Assembly (NCBI RefSeq): GCF_018977255.1
Contig: NW_024704742.1
Location: 19,594,001 to 19,658,000 of the forward strand
DNA: 64,000 nucleotides
Source: Callorhinchus milii
Taxonomy: Eukaryota
Reading direction: 5' to 3'
Of the stretch, positions 1 to 12,928 are shown one piece after another. How positions within the stretch are numbered: the first letter of the stretch is position 1; every line of letters begins with the position of its first letter. The notes under the pieces are model-generated. The model did not search any database and was not told where the DNA came from. It saw only the letters and a list, made by a program, of their open reading frames with translations. Made by a program: the position numbers and the translations under genes.

Positions 1-360
1 TCTCTCCAACTCTATTACAATTGCTCACCCGTCCATAAAAGCAAAGCCATTAAAAATGGAAAGGTAAAGGACCGTGGCAGAGCCATAGAAATGCACAGCA
101 CAGGAGGGAGCCTTCAGCCCATTGTGTTTGTGCTGTTCTTGTTGGATTTGGCTGAATCAGCAAAGCGGTGACATTTATAAGAATTGAACAACTATAATTT
201 TGCTGGTTCGCAGCTCTACCAGCTTCGCTGTCGTACCGCACGGCCTAGATTTTTAACCACGCGGCGATAAATGAAACCGTGATTTCGTTTGCAAAAAATG
301 TCGTAGTTCTGTTCATTGGTTTTAGTAACAAAGCCATTGAACATTTGTTTTTACAAAACC

Positions 361-603
361 AACAACTACAAGTTACATTTGTGTAGTGCCTTTCGCGTCA
401 GGAAGATATCCCAAGGTGCTGGGCAGTCAGGGATTTGGACCCCAGCAGGGCGTTGGGATCAGGAGGAGTGGAGGGCAGGGAGGGTAGGGGTAGGACAGTG
501 GCAAAAGGCGCGGTCGAAGAGGAAGGTCTTGAGACGTGCCTTGAATCAGGCAAGGGAGAAAGCAATGCGACGAGACTGTGGGATGGAAATCCAAAGGGTG
601 GGG
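361..603 (-). mobile_element. L2 LINE 3' end
   Basis: Reverse complement of the aagaccctcctcttcgaccg...gcgctatacaaatgtaa(tgt)n terminus found on the L2 RT fragments at 14601 and 21545. Confidence 0.85.
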
Positions 604-612
604 AAAGACCCA

Positions 613-767
613 CCTCAAGACCCTCCTCTTCGACCGTGCTTTCGATCTCCCTGCCCCCTCCCCCACCCCGACCCTCAGCTCGGGTCCGTAATTCTGACTG
701 TGCAGTGTCTTGGGACGAGCTCCCGATGTGAAAGGCGCTATACAAATGTAACTTTGTTGTTGTTGTT
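613..767 (+). mobile_element. L2 LINE 3' end
   Basis: ctcaagaccctcctcttcgaccgtgc...gtgaaaggcgctatacaaatgtaac(ttg)n. Confidence 0.85.
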
Positions 768-1003
768 ACCACACAAAAATTTTTAAAAATATTTTGACCA
801 AAATGAATTGCAAATCAAATTACAATGGAACATTTATCGTTGTAACTAAAGGCATTGTAGCAATACTTGCAACATCGTAATGTTCCTCAGTCAATGTGGG
901 ACCAGAGGGTGAGTAATTGCTCTGGTAAAAGGTACTGTCCTTCCTTGTTGTCCCTTCTCCAATTGTCAGAAATATTGTTGCTTTGTCCCTGAATCAAACA
1001 GCA

Positions 1004-1214
1004 ATAATAATAATAATATAATGATATAATAATCCTTGCATTTTATGTAGCGCTTTTCACGTCTTCTAAGTCTCAAAGCGCTTCACAGAATATACAGTAA
1101 AGTGAATTGGTATGTGGATGAAACGTGGCATCCAATTGCGCACAGCAGTGTCCCACAAACAGTCGTGGATTGAGTGACCAAATCATTATTGCTTTTTTCT
1201 TGAGGGATTATTAT
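1004..1214 (-). mobile_element. tRNA-headed Deu-domain SINE, 3' part
   Basis: (aat)n-ccttgcat tail and ccaattgcgcacagcagtgtcccacaaacag core, as in the full copy at 4090. Confidence 0.8.
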
Positions 1215-2729
1215 CAGGCATGTATCTCCCAGTGTTTCTCCTATACACACAACCTCTCCTATATACACACAGCCTCTCCCAGTGCCTATCACAATATTCC
1301 CCACAACAGGGGTAAATTGGACCAGGGATTCGACTCTCACTCTGGAACAGACTAGAGAGAAGAAAATCCTTACCGAGGCAAAAAAAAAGATCTTGAATCT
1401 AGATTCTTGATGGTCAAAAAATGATTGGAATTTAAAGTCACAGAACCTGAAGAATAATGCTTTCAAAAATATATTGTATTCTGGAATGAATATTACGAAG
1501 GGCCCAAACACAACCCAGATTTGTGCATTTGGCTATTTTATAAATTGGTAAATTGTATTTTAAAAGTTTCAAGTTGCGAGTTAAAAAATTGTTGATCTTA
1601 GCGTGGTAGTATACGTTTCAGTGTTAGAAGAAGAGTTAATAAATGGATTAATGTTAAGATGATTTCCCTATATGTGTATTGGAAGTACATTGGGGTAAGT
1701 TGTCACATCCAGCAATAGCTCAGATAAAAACGTTTTGGTTTGAGACATCAAACAACAAGATTACATTTGTCTAGCGCCTTTCACACCGGGACCCACTGAA
1801 AGCGTTAGATGTAGAAACAAGCCAAAATAGAGAGATGAATTAATACATTGAGCAATAATTGTATAAAATAGCTCCCATAAGAATCTAAGTTTATTGCCAC
1901 CTTCCGAATTTCTGCTCAAGATGGGTAATCACAACATTATAGCATTATAACTGGCAATGGTTATCACATCAACCGCAACTGTTGTAAAAAGCATTTATCA
2001 CTGGCCAGGTTCAGGGAACAGCCATAAGCATTAGTTACTTCTGACCTGCATTTATGGTCGATGTAATACAAGTGATGATAATAGTGGTCATAAAATACTG
2101 TTCTCCCCCACCGACCTCCCCACACACATACAAATACCAATCTTCCCATGTTTCAATGCCCACATTTAGATTTTCCTTGTCACACCTGCCAAACCGGATT
2201 GATAAAAATTTGACTTGACCAACTAATTAAATATTTAGCAAAAGAAATCTTTATTTTTTTTCAAGCAGTTGAAACTGCTTTGCCCTTCAATTCTCTACCT
2301 CGTCCTCAGCATAATTTATGTGTTGATAAAATATATCATTTAGAATTACAAGCCTGTCTTCAACAACCACTCAGCGGGCTAGGCCAAGGTGTTCTTTATA
2401 TAAGGGTGGCCTCTGAGTAAGAGTTTGTTGGTGAGTGATCCAGGCTGCCCGGGCGGATGTTAACAGGCTGTGGTTGCTGAATGCAGGTCGTTGCTTGAAC
2501 ATGTTTAACTATATTTAGTTTAACAGTTGAAACATTCCACTGTGATAACTGTACGACTGCAGTCTACTTCAGTTCTAATTTTCTAACTTATCCATTGTTT
2601 TCAGTTCGTGGAAATTCACCCGTTACAATGACACCAGGGTGGGTTAGTTATGAAGGGCTTTCTCACAAGAGTCTGATCGCTTTGCTATACTATATATTTT
2701 GAGACATTGAGATGTATATATTTCATCAT

Positions 2730-2985
2730 TGAGACGTCTCAAAGCGTTTCACAGAATATATTGTAAAGTGGATCGATTGGGTATTTTGTGAGCGAAACAA
2801 GCAGCCAATTGCACACCGCAGTATCCCACGAAAAGTTGTGGATTGAGTGACCACATTTTTTTCTGTGGGGGATTATTATCCCCGAAAAGCGATCTGCCAA
2901 TCGACTAATAACTGGGTTTCTACTTACTGCTAAGTGAACAGAGGCATGTGGAGTAAGGGAACTTGCCTAAGGTTTCGTCCCGCCC
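2730..2985 (-). mobile_element. Deu-domain SINE, partial
   Basis: Matches the body of the 4090-4450 copy. Confidence 0.8.
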
Positions 2986-4089
2986 GGTATTATTATACAG
3001 ATGCCCGTTCTAAAATATCACATTTCACCCAGGTAACTGATGACTAGCCACAGTTATTGATATCTCCACTGCAGTTGGTAAGTTTCTATTCAGTGGAAAT
3101 ATCATTAAGGTGAATTCGATAAATGCAGAGTAAGGGATAACGGGAGGGGAATTATAAAGGAGCAATCCTTTGTAAACTTTCCAGTATTCATTACTAGAAA
3201 TATACATTCATTTGAATCTTTGAATTTGTAGACTGCAGGCCGTTGTTACAGACAGTGTGTCTCAGCTTAAATCACCCTAGCTTCTGAGTCAGGGCTTGAA
3301 CCGGTGATCCGAATTGGGGAAGCGCTACATTGTTTGCAGGCGAAAGTTAATATTTTCTACCTGTTGGCTTATATTCCTGACATACTCACTTTAGAAATTG
3401 AAGAGTTGTAGGGTCTCTACTCTGTACCTATCAAATATGTTACAAGAAAAGAGTGTCTTCACATAGCTGGAACATTTAAAAAGGACGCTGTGAAATCTCA
3501 TTTTAATAGAAACTTATAGAAGAATATCCAAAGAAAATATGTACAAAATTCCCACAGCCAGCAAGGCATTCGCATTCCATTGAATGCTGCCGTCCAATTT
3601 TCTCCCATTGTACATAATGAATCTTCTTCACTATATCATGGAATAATGTGATAGATAGTTTAATGCAGAATATTAATCTGTACCTTGTAAACTCTCCCTT
3701 TTTTCCTCCAAATATTTATTGGGAAAATAATTAGCTTTTTTGTTTAAATGAGCTGCAAGTGGAATTTATAACTTTCTGGAACCAAGTTTCAAATAAAAAC
3801 ATATGGAAGAATGATGATAAATGTACTTAGAAGTACTTAATTGTGTTCAGTACAAGTGTTTAACTGTATTTAGAAGTACAGGGGATCAAAGTGAGCGCCA
3901 TCATTTTCATGGCAGATAGTAATCCGTTGCCATGTTCAGTGCAACATCTTCCGTAGCACCGGTGGAGTGATGAAGAGGCTACTGGTGTCAGACATTGCAG
4001 AAAATAAAAATTCATTGTAGGAAAAAAACAGGGGGTGTAACAGGATTTGGTGAACACCCTGTAGGTTCATCAGTTGGGGTAAGGGAATG

Positions 4090-4450
4090 AATAATAATCC
4101 TTGCATTTGATATAGCGCTTTTCGTGTCTTCTAGACGTCTCAAAGCACTTCACAGAATATACTGTAAAGTGAATTAACTATATTTGTGGGCAAAACATGG
4201 CAGCCAATTGCACACATCAGTGTTCCACAAGCAGTCATGGATTGAGTGACCAAATTATTTTTTTTGAAGGATTGTTATCTCTGGAAAAGCAATCTGCCAA
4301 TCGACTAACAACCAGGTTCCTACTCACTCCTAGGTAAACAGAGGCATGTGGAGTAAGGAAATTTACCCAACATTTCGCCATGCCGGGAATCAAACCCACG
4401 TCTTTCGCTTGCGAGGCGAGTGTTCTAACCACTGACCTAGAGGACTCCAC
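4090..4450 (-). mobile_element. Full-length tRNA-headed Deu-domain SINE
   Basis: Reverse complement reads gtggagtcc...tcagtggttagaacactcgc (A box), gggtttgattcccgg (B box), Deu-like gtgcaattggctgcc core, L2-type stem-loop tail and (att)n. Confidence 0.88.
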
Positions 4451-6239
4451 TGTAGCATTCCCGTAACAGGAATGTTGCAGGCATGCACGTTTCACAGCTT
4501 ATTTTTCAAATAGGAAAAAATGCTTGTTTGCAAAGTACTGCATTAACCTTTGAAACTACAGGATTTTTTCCCCTCCTGTTTTTAAAAGTAAATGAACGCG
4601 TCATCAATATTTTACTTTTTTTATAATTTCTGGTTGTTCACTATTTTTATTCAATATACCAATTATCAATTTGCTTCTCTTCCCGGGGTTTTTAACTGTA
4701 CTAAAACTTTAGCTCCCTCTTTTGATGTGTCAAGATTTTGCATCAAACATTCGAATGCCATAGTTAATGTGTTTGACCAGATTATAATAATAATAATAAT
4801 AATACTTGCATTTGATATAGCGCTTTTCACGTCGGGAGGACGTCCCAAAGCGCTTTATGTCTTTCACCTTCAAATGTAAGCCACCAACACATTCCGTCTT
4901 TATCACAGATGTGGTTAATGGAGTTGTTCCAAAACCAATGTCACCAAATCTTGGTTACTTTGTGCCAACAAGTGAGGTCAGTGAAATAAAAACAAAGGTT
5001 ACAGTTCCCACATATTATAGAGGATCAAACAAATTCCTATCAATTGGGTAGAGAAACTGACATCATCATATTAATACTAATTCATCACAAGAGTGGCTCC
5101 AGATAGTGAAGCTGTCAATGTTACGGGGGTGGGGTGGGGTGGGTTGGGAATACTTTATGGTCAAAGCAAGAATAAGAAACTGGTGGCATAAAAAGAACAC
5201 TCATTAGAGATTGATGAGAATCTTTGCAACTCACTCGCAATTTAGCTGTTTGTCACTTTTCTGGGCTTTGTGCAATGTACTTGAATTCTAATAAACACGT
5301 GGCTCTTTTGCAAAGAAAAGCTCTGTTGAGTCCCAACTCATATAAATTATATAGTGAAACAACAGTTCCTCGGTTTCTCACAGTCTTAGTTTTAAAACTA
5401 TCTTCTTAAAATTGAAGTTGAAGCAGAATTTTGGAAAATATTGAAATACAGTTTTTAATTTGATAGCTGTTTTTCTCCAGTTCTTTTTAAGGGTCAGAGA
5501 GAAAACAGGCTTCCAAATTTAAACCAAACTCTGCACAATTTAAAAATCAACACAACAGCAAAATTACATTTGTATAGCGCCTTTCACATTGGGGGGACGT
5601 CCCAAGGTACTGGACACGCAGTGAAACATTGGATTTAGGATTAAGACCCTGAAACATTTCAGGCCTCTGACTTGTAAAGTTTTATATCAATATTTAATTA
5701 GTCAGTTAACAAATTCAGTCTAACCTGCCCTAACCAAGCCCTCACTGTTAAAAAAAGTTTAAAAATACCAGATCATTGCTATGTATTTTATGCGCAAACA
5801 TAATTGGATTTGTTGATTAGCTGCTGTGTTTTTCTTAAAGTCTATAAGTGAATTGTGGTCTGGATATGTGCTGAGCGTTAGAGTGTAGACAGCTGGAGAG
5901 TATTTTAGAGTTGTGTTCTGGATTTTGCCCTTAAATGAGGGATATCCCTTTATTGTTTCATTGGAGGTCAAATCTCAGTTGTTCAACTTTACTAATTAAA
6001 ACTAGGTAATGTTTATAAGCACCTGCTAGTTACATTATCAGGCTGCCTTTTAAATACGGCTTGTTAAGCAGGCTGTAGAGTATGCTCCCAGTCAGTTATA
6101 CTCTGACTAGGTTCATTTTTCACTTCCATTTGTATTTTGCTATCCGTATCTCTTCCATTGCCATTGAGCAACTCAAACCATAAATTTAGCAAAACAAAAC
6201 TAATTTAATCATAAAAATATATACAGTTAAGCATGGGGG

Positions 6240-6590
6240 AGTACTTAGCACAATGCTTTCATCTCTGGGATTTGGGTTTGAATGTATTCCAGATTGGTAG
6301 GATGAAAGTCTCTCTCTCTCTGTAATGGTTATCAGGGCGCTGCATGAAATGAGTTTGGACTAGTTCCAGTTCCCAGTGAGAGTGACCCATAGCACAAGAC
6401 GTTCTATAATTTGGCACTAATTGGCATTAAATTAGAAAGTCTGGGATTAAGGCATACACTTGGCACAGAGGCACACTCTTTGCTTCTGGCCTGTGCTATT
6501 TCTGATTTGGGAATGCTGAATGCTGTAACTGTATGCCAATACTAGAATTGTTCTCCAAAACTGGCAGTTCTTACCTTGGTGAGCATAGAA
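6240..6590 (+). mobile_element. Ancient LF-SINE-like element
   Basis: gctttcatctctggg, atgaaatgagtttgg, ccagttcccagtg and aatttggcactaattggca occur in the order of the LF-SINE consensus as I recall it. Confidence 0.65.
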
Positions 6591-6785
6591 GAAAAATCCC
6601 CCAAATGTGAAGAAGAAAAATAGAGGATCCGCGATGAGATGAGGAGGTGTTTAATGTAATTGGTATTCCACAAGAACAACTCCTAGTTTTTATATAGCAC
6701 CTTTCATGTAGCATAACACCTCAAAGTGCTTTACAGTGATGGAAAGGGCACCTCAGGAAGGTGGGAGATAGTGGGAATGATTAAA

Positions 6786-7100
6786 AATAATAATAATCCT
6801 TGCATTTGATATAGCGCTTTTCACGTCTTCTAGACGTGCCAAAGCGCTTCACAGAATATACTGTAAAGTGAATTGACTGTATATTTGTGGGCGAACGCGG
6901 GAGCCAATTGCGCACAGCAATGTCCCACAAACAGTCGTAGATTGAAAATGACCAATTTATTATTGTTTATTTTTGGAGGGATTATCATTAGGTGTGTGGA
7001 GTAAGGAAACTTGCCCAAGGTTTCGCCCTCTGCCTGGAATTGAACTCAGGTCTCTCACTTGCAAAGCGAGTGCTCTAACTACTGAGCTACAGGACTCCAC
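6786..7100 (-). mobile_element. Near full-length Deu-domain SINE with internal deletion
   Basis: Same head (gtggagtcctgtagctcagt) and tail as 4090-4450. Confidence 0.88.
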
Positions 7101-8893
7101 GAGGGAGGGAGATGCTTGAAAGCAACGGTTGAGGTGGTAGATTTTGAAAGCAGAGAAGGAGGATGCAAATCAGGAGAGAGCATGAGATACAGTAAGCAGA
7201 GTCAACCAAGTGGGTTGATATATTTTGGACACCAGAAAGTTGATGATCTCCTCAAATCTGACGCTGGGGATAAGGATGAAAGGGGCATCAGAGATGGTTG
7301 GAGGAGATAATTTATAGTGGAGAACTTTCAACCTGGAGTGGTCCTTGCCCCCAGCATTAAGAAAGTTTTGAGCTAGTGCTGCATCACCATCGTGGGCTGA
7401 GATTGTTTCATTTCCTTCATTAACAATCCCCACTATCCCCACTAACCGCTTTGCTTAGAACACTAAAAATATATGCTCTGGTCAGAAGTATATATTTTGG
7501 AGTTTTGCCGAATCCATATTTCATCTGTTCCAAACCTTCAACTCTACATTAATCACCAAGTCCGAAAGGTGAATATTTTTTTCCTTAATGCTCGTGCGCA
7601 GGTGCACAGACATTGCTCACCTTCTTGACAGGACAGTCACTATCCATGTTGGCCTGGCTCAGTTGGTAATATCGCGCCTTTGAGTCAGAAGATTGTGCTT
7701 TCAAGCCCCACATCAGCATTTGGAACTCATATAGTCTAGATTGACATTGAGCAAGTCCATTTTTAAGGGCATAAATTGAATTTAATGACAAAAACTATAA
7801 TCTGTTGTCTCTATTTGTTTTCAAATTTCCACAAGGAAAGGCATGTGGGTTGTCATCTCACCTCACACATGATTAAATCCCTCCTGGCTTCAGGCCCAAA
7901 CTATTGTGCCCAAATCAGGATCAATTTACACCTGTGAACAGACTTTAGTTATTGAGTGTTTCAGCCCTTAAATTTGATGATGTGGTAATTATCCCAGTAA
8001 TAATTATTACATCACACGTTATTATTCATTCCCTCATGTTTCTATTGGTTGTCACTCATTCTGCTATAGTATGTGGATTTATCTGTTGTATATTCATGTG
8101 TCCTAACAGCAAATTAATTTGTAATGGTGGAATGGTTACGTCATTTAGTTTCTGTGTAGAGTCTCATTATTATTGAGACTCAGTACATCATTATTTTGTA
8201 TTGTGATGACATTGGAGTTTTGTATCATTTTTAAGTATTCATCAAATTGTCTTCATTCCCATTTGTACCATTGGTTTTGCTTTGATACATGTCAACAAAG
8301 AAAAATATTGGCTCAGTAGATAATGGCACTGTTCAGGAACTGAGGACTACCAACCAGAAAGGTCCTGGTTTAATTCAGGGTTTGTGCTGGTGTTGATGCC
8401 AGCAGCGGAGGGTAGGGGAAAAAAATCTGCAAGTTGCTTATCTTGATTGCTTTCCAATGAAGCTGCTGGAATGTGCACACATGAGGATGTTGGACGTGGA
8501 TAGGAATAGGCTCTGCTATGAGTCCTTCATGGCTACGTATGAAAAATGAACTTTCACTTTTAGCGTCTCAACACGTCGAACTTTCTTAAAAATGTTTTAA
8601 TTTACAGTAATTAATGGAATATTTTCCAACTGATTTTTAGGCAAATTTAGCAGACATTTTTCACACTGCGTGGTCCCACAAACAGCCACGAGTTGAATGA
8701 CCAATTTTATCTGCAGGATTGATGTTGAGAAACTGCCTTCTCTTTTCAATAGTGCAAAGGGATTATTAACATTCAAGGCAGACAAAACCTTCCATAATCG
8801 TAAATGCACAAAAGCAACAGATGCAATGGTTAAAAGCTATCAGTGCAACTATCGCAAAAGTTCTGAGCACTACAATACTATGTACTACCAATA

Positions 8894-9198
8894 TGTAGCT
8901 CAGTGGTTAGAGCACTCGCCTCGCAAGCAAGAGACATGGGTTCGATTCCCGGCAGGGCGAAACCTTGGGCAAGTTTCTTTACTCCACACAACTGATAATA
9001 ATCCCTCAAAGAAAATAAATAAATAAATTGGTCACTTCAATCCACGACTGTTTGTGGGACACTGCTGTGCACAATTGGCTGCCACGTTTCGCCCACAAAA
9101 TATACAGTCAATTTACTTTACAGTATACTCTGTGAAGCGGTTCAAGACATCTAGAAGACATGAAAAGCGCTATATCAAATGCAACCATTATTATTATT
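8894..9198 (+). mobile_element. Near full-length Deu-domain SINE
   Basis: tgtagctcagtggttagagc A box, gggttcgattccc B box, (att)n tail. Confidence 0.88.
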
Positions 9199-12100
9199 AA
9201 TATCTGACCCAGTTCGGAAAACATAATTTGCTATGGAAGCAAAGCAAAGGAGGAAGCAAAGTTTCATAAGTTGTATTCAGATCTGGAGCTCTTTTCTGCT
9301 TCCTCTCTCCCCAAAAGGTTGGGTCAGACTCCTTTTCATCCAAACAGGGCTCCTATAGGGCATATTGCTAAAACAAAGCACAGTGATTTGTTTGTGCTAT
9401 CCAAACTGATATGGAAGCACACAATGCTAACACTCATCTGGAGTCTACACAGTGAATGTAAAAAGAGGACAAACATTCCATTACTCTATATTTGCACTCA
9501 CTATTCTCAGGAGCCCAAATACAGTACAAATTAAAAATTAAAATAAAAACACCCGCCAAAAGTATAAAGTTAAGGGACACGCACTATTTTCTATTAACCT
9601 AATCTACTAAGCAATATAATCTTTTAATGTATCATTTACGTTTAAAATTTTCATGAAGTAATGTTATTTAAGCTGCAATTGTAAAGTAGAGAATAGAGTC
9701 GAAGGACCTAGCTTCATTGTGCTTTAACTAAAAACATTCTAATTTCACATTACGTCTCAGAAATAAATAGATTTTTGAAATGAAGCAGAAAGAAACATGT
9801 GAAACACAATTTTTGTCTGAAAGTACTGAATTATGATTTCTAAATCTAAGCATTGTAATGTTAGCTGTCAAAGCCTTTTCTTTTATAGGGTTACAATTCA
9901 GGTGGTAGCAACCGTAAGTAGGATCTTATGAAAAGCATGTTGTCAATGAGTACTGCAGGAACTGTTTGCATGTGATGAAAGGAATGAATCCCGAATTATG
10001 ATGTATGTTTTTCAGATTATGGGGTAAAAATGCAGTGTGTAATGTAATAAATAACATATTGTTGCTGTATTATGTTCCATCAAAATTCAAGATGATTGAA
10101 ACAAACCTGTTCAAATATTTGGTTTTAACTGTTCATCTTAGACTATGTGAGGATTTGTTCGACTAACAGAGGACAGACCTTAACGATCTTTATATTCATA
10201 AGTGACAGGTTATTGATTCCGTATATAATAATGGTGGCACTAGTCACTATAATCTCAATGGTGAATTTTAGCATTATTATAATAATGAAGTCTGACTTCT
10301 CTTTTCTCTTCAAAAATTTTCACCTCCAACACTGCCCTCGCCTAATCGTGCCTAACTCCATTTTGCTTCACTGTGTTTAGTTCCGTCGCCATTTTAAAGC
10401 ACCTGTGAATGCAAACAGGAAATCATGGCAGCTTCACTGAGCACTCTTGCCTCTAGCACTGCCTCTAGGTCAAAAGGTTGTTGATTCAAGACCCACAGTT
10501 CATCAATAGCAATAGGATAGCATTGCATTGTCAAAGGTGTCATCGTTCAGAAGACACATTAAACTGAGGTTCTGTCTTACTGGTCTTCAGGTAAACAATA
10601 AAGATCCCGTTGTTGGTGTAGGGGTGGACTGGGACAATGTTTGGATGCAGAGGAGTCCTCTGTTGGTGCAAACGTCAAAGCAGGTGGAAGGCTACGTGTA
10701 GTATTAATAAGAAAAAGAATCCTTGAATTTGCTAACAGCACCAATAAGATCAACAACATTTCAAAGTGCTTTGCAACGTTTCTGTAAAATGCAGTGACTG
10801 TAGCTGTCTGTCAAGCAAGCACCTTGGGACGTACTCCCAACGTGAAAGGCGATTTACAAATGTAATTTTGTTGTTGTTGTTGACTGTACATTTTGTAAGT
10901 GAACACAGCAGCCAATGTACACGCAGCAATGTCTCCTAAACAGTTATAAAATGATTGATCAATTTTATCTCAAGGCTTAGTGGTCGGTCAGGGCACTAGG
11001 AGAATCTCTTCTCTTTTTGAAAAGTGCCATGGGATCTTTAATATCCCTTCTGAAAGATGGCACTTTTGATACTGCAATCCTACCCTCCTGCTGTCTGCAC
11101 TGTGAGCTCAAATCATGCGGTGGGTCTTGAATGGGAAGTCGGCACCAACTGATACTGGCAACATCGAGCAACATTCTTACATGCCAATTCCCTGTATCAA
11201 TTAGACCTTCTCATCCTGCCCTCAGATTTCCATTATTGGCCTCAGGAGAAGTGACCCAGAGAGGGCCAACAATTGCCCTTGAAGGTTATTATAAAAAGAC
11301 TGACTCTTTTTTCAGGGACACCACTTTGCAAGGATTATTATCTCCCAATGTGTCCCCTGTGTAGCACAAGTCACTGATCCCTCCTACTTTTGCAGGCTTT
11401 CTTTCAGTGTCCTTTGTGCAAATACTCAGGATATTTGAGTTTAAAGTGATTTATTCCTGCAGAGGTCACAAGTGTCAGAACTACATTGATCGATAAATAT
11501 CAAGCAGACATGAATTATAACATTTGCAATTGATATAGAGCCTTATCATGTTGATATGTTTCACAGTGGTTCAAACAATAACTTACTTTGAAGTGTAGTG
11601 GCTTATTAATCTTGAAAAATGCAGCAACTAATCTACACTAGCAAGAACCCACAGATAGCACTGAGATGAATAAATCAAATGTAATCTTTTTCGGGGAGTA
11701 AATTTGGATGGGAAAGGAATATCAGCTTCCGCACCTGATATTATGTGCAGCAGTGCCAAGGAATCTTTAACATTTATCTGATCAACAGATAGGACAGGAA
11801 ATAAGAAATTAATTTAAACAGTATTTCAATTCATCACATAATGGAATCATGAAAATGAGACATTTCAGCCCATACCTGTCAGAGCTTGTCCAGTTGGGGT
11901 CTTACTGTGCAAATATTCTAAGCTCAATTCTCTGCTGTTTCACTGTACCCCTTTATATTGTTTCCTCTTCAACTATTTATCTCTTTTCTTTAAGAGTTAC
12001 AGTCTAAGCTTCAATAGCCACCATAGCAAAGCATTCCTGCTCTAATGAGCTTCTGTGTTAAAAAAACTTCTCATCTTCCCTTTTATTCTTCCAGTGACTG

Positions 12101-12619
12101 AACGTATGCTCTCCCATAACACAGCCCAGCCCCTCCTCCCAGCTTAGCCAATATTCATGGCATTTCAGTGAATATCCCTGACCTAATTTCAGACACCACT
12201 CTGGTCCTGAAATTACCCAGTGGCTACACTTCACAAAGACTCTGGAGTCTCACTCTGACCAAAAGGGTGACGATGCTTCCGTGCAACCCATTGAACTACC
12301 CTTGGTAATGATGATCATTGCTTTAAACTCCAAGATGCTGCATGTAACAACTGCAGATCGCCATAGAGCGTGAGAAAGCCTGTGCTCAGATTCAAGGAAG
12401 GTTCCCCTACTTCAACAATACAGGGTTCATCCTCTTCCCTTTGACTCATGTGCAAAGATATCTGAACAGACACCCTAAAACAACTTATAAATATAGTCAA
12501 CATATTTATGAGACCCACAGTGTCGATTGTACCTCAATACAATCAGCGAAAGAGCAAATAGAGAAGTTAGGAGATTTTGTTTATACAAAAATGTTTGTTA
12601 GACTGGGGAATTACCTACA

Positions 12620-12759
12620 GTCGTTCTGATGAAGGGTCGTGGACCCGAAACATTGACTCACTTTCCTTTCTCCATAGATGTTGCCTGACCTGCTGAGTGT
12701 TGCCAGCTCTCTCTGTTTTTGTTTCAGATTTCCAGCATCTGTATTTTGTGTTTTGTTGT
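12620..12759 (+). mobile_element. Non-autonomous Penelope-like element with hammerhead core
   Basis: 13-bp TSD GGAATTACCTACA (12607-12619 and 12760-12772); CTGATGA-A-GGGTC gtg GACCC-GAAA. Confidence 0.75.
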
Positions 12760-12780
12760 GGAATTACCTACATTGGAACG

Positions 12781-12928
12781 AACAACAACAACAAAATTAC
12801 ATTTGTATAGCATCGTTCACGTTGGGAGGATATCCCAAGGTGCTGGACAGTCAGTGTTTCGGACCCGAGCTGGGAGGTCAGGATTGGGGCGGGTAGAGGG
12901 TGGGAAGGAAGATGATCAAAAGCATGGT
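12781..12928 (-). mobile_element. L2 LINE 3' end
   Basis: (aac)n aaaattacatttgtatagc...cccaaggtgctggacagtcag. Confidence 0.8.

Noticed and set aside
85..170. ATG plus hydrophobic stretch (MHSTGGSLQPIVFVLFLLDLA) as the signal-peptide exon
   Set aside because: It overlaps a reverse CR1 3' end (catagaa..agcacag..cagcccat) and has no good phase-1 donor.
1083..1511. 142-aa minus-strand ORF
   Set aside because: It runs into a SINE, has no recognisable domain, and shows no convincing splice sites.
8894..8965. tRNA gene
   Set aside because: The A and B boxes are the head of a SINE that continues into the Deu body and (att)n tail; the same applies at ~4375-4450 and ~7030-7100.
12193..12304. Candidate exon (ttcag...ttg|gtaatg)
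   Set aside because: Open in two frames with a weak donor, and overlaps a possible transposase relic, so it cannot be supported.
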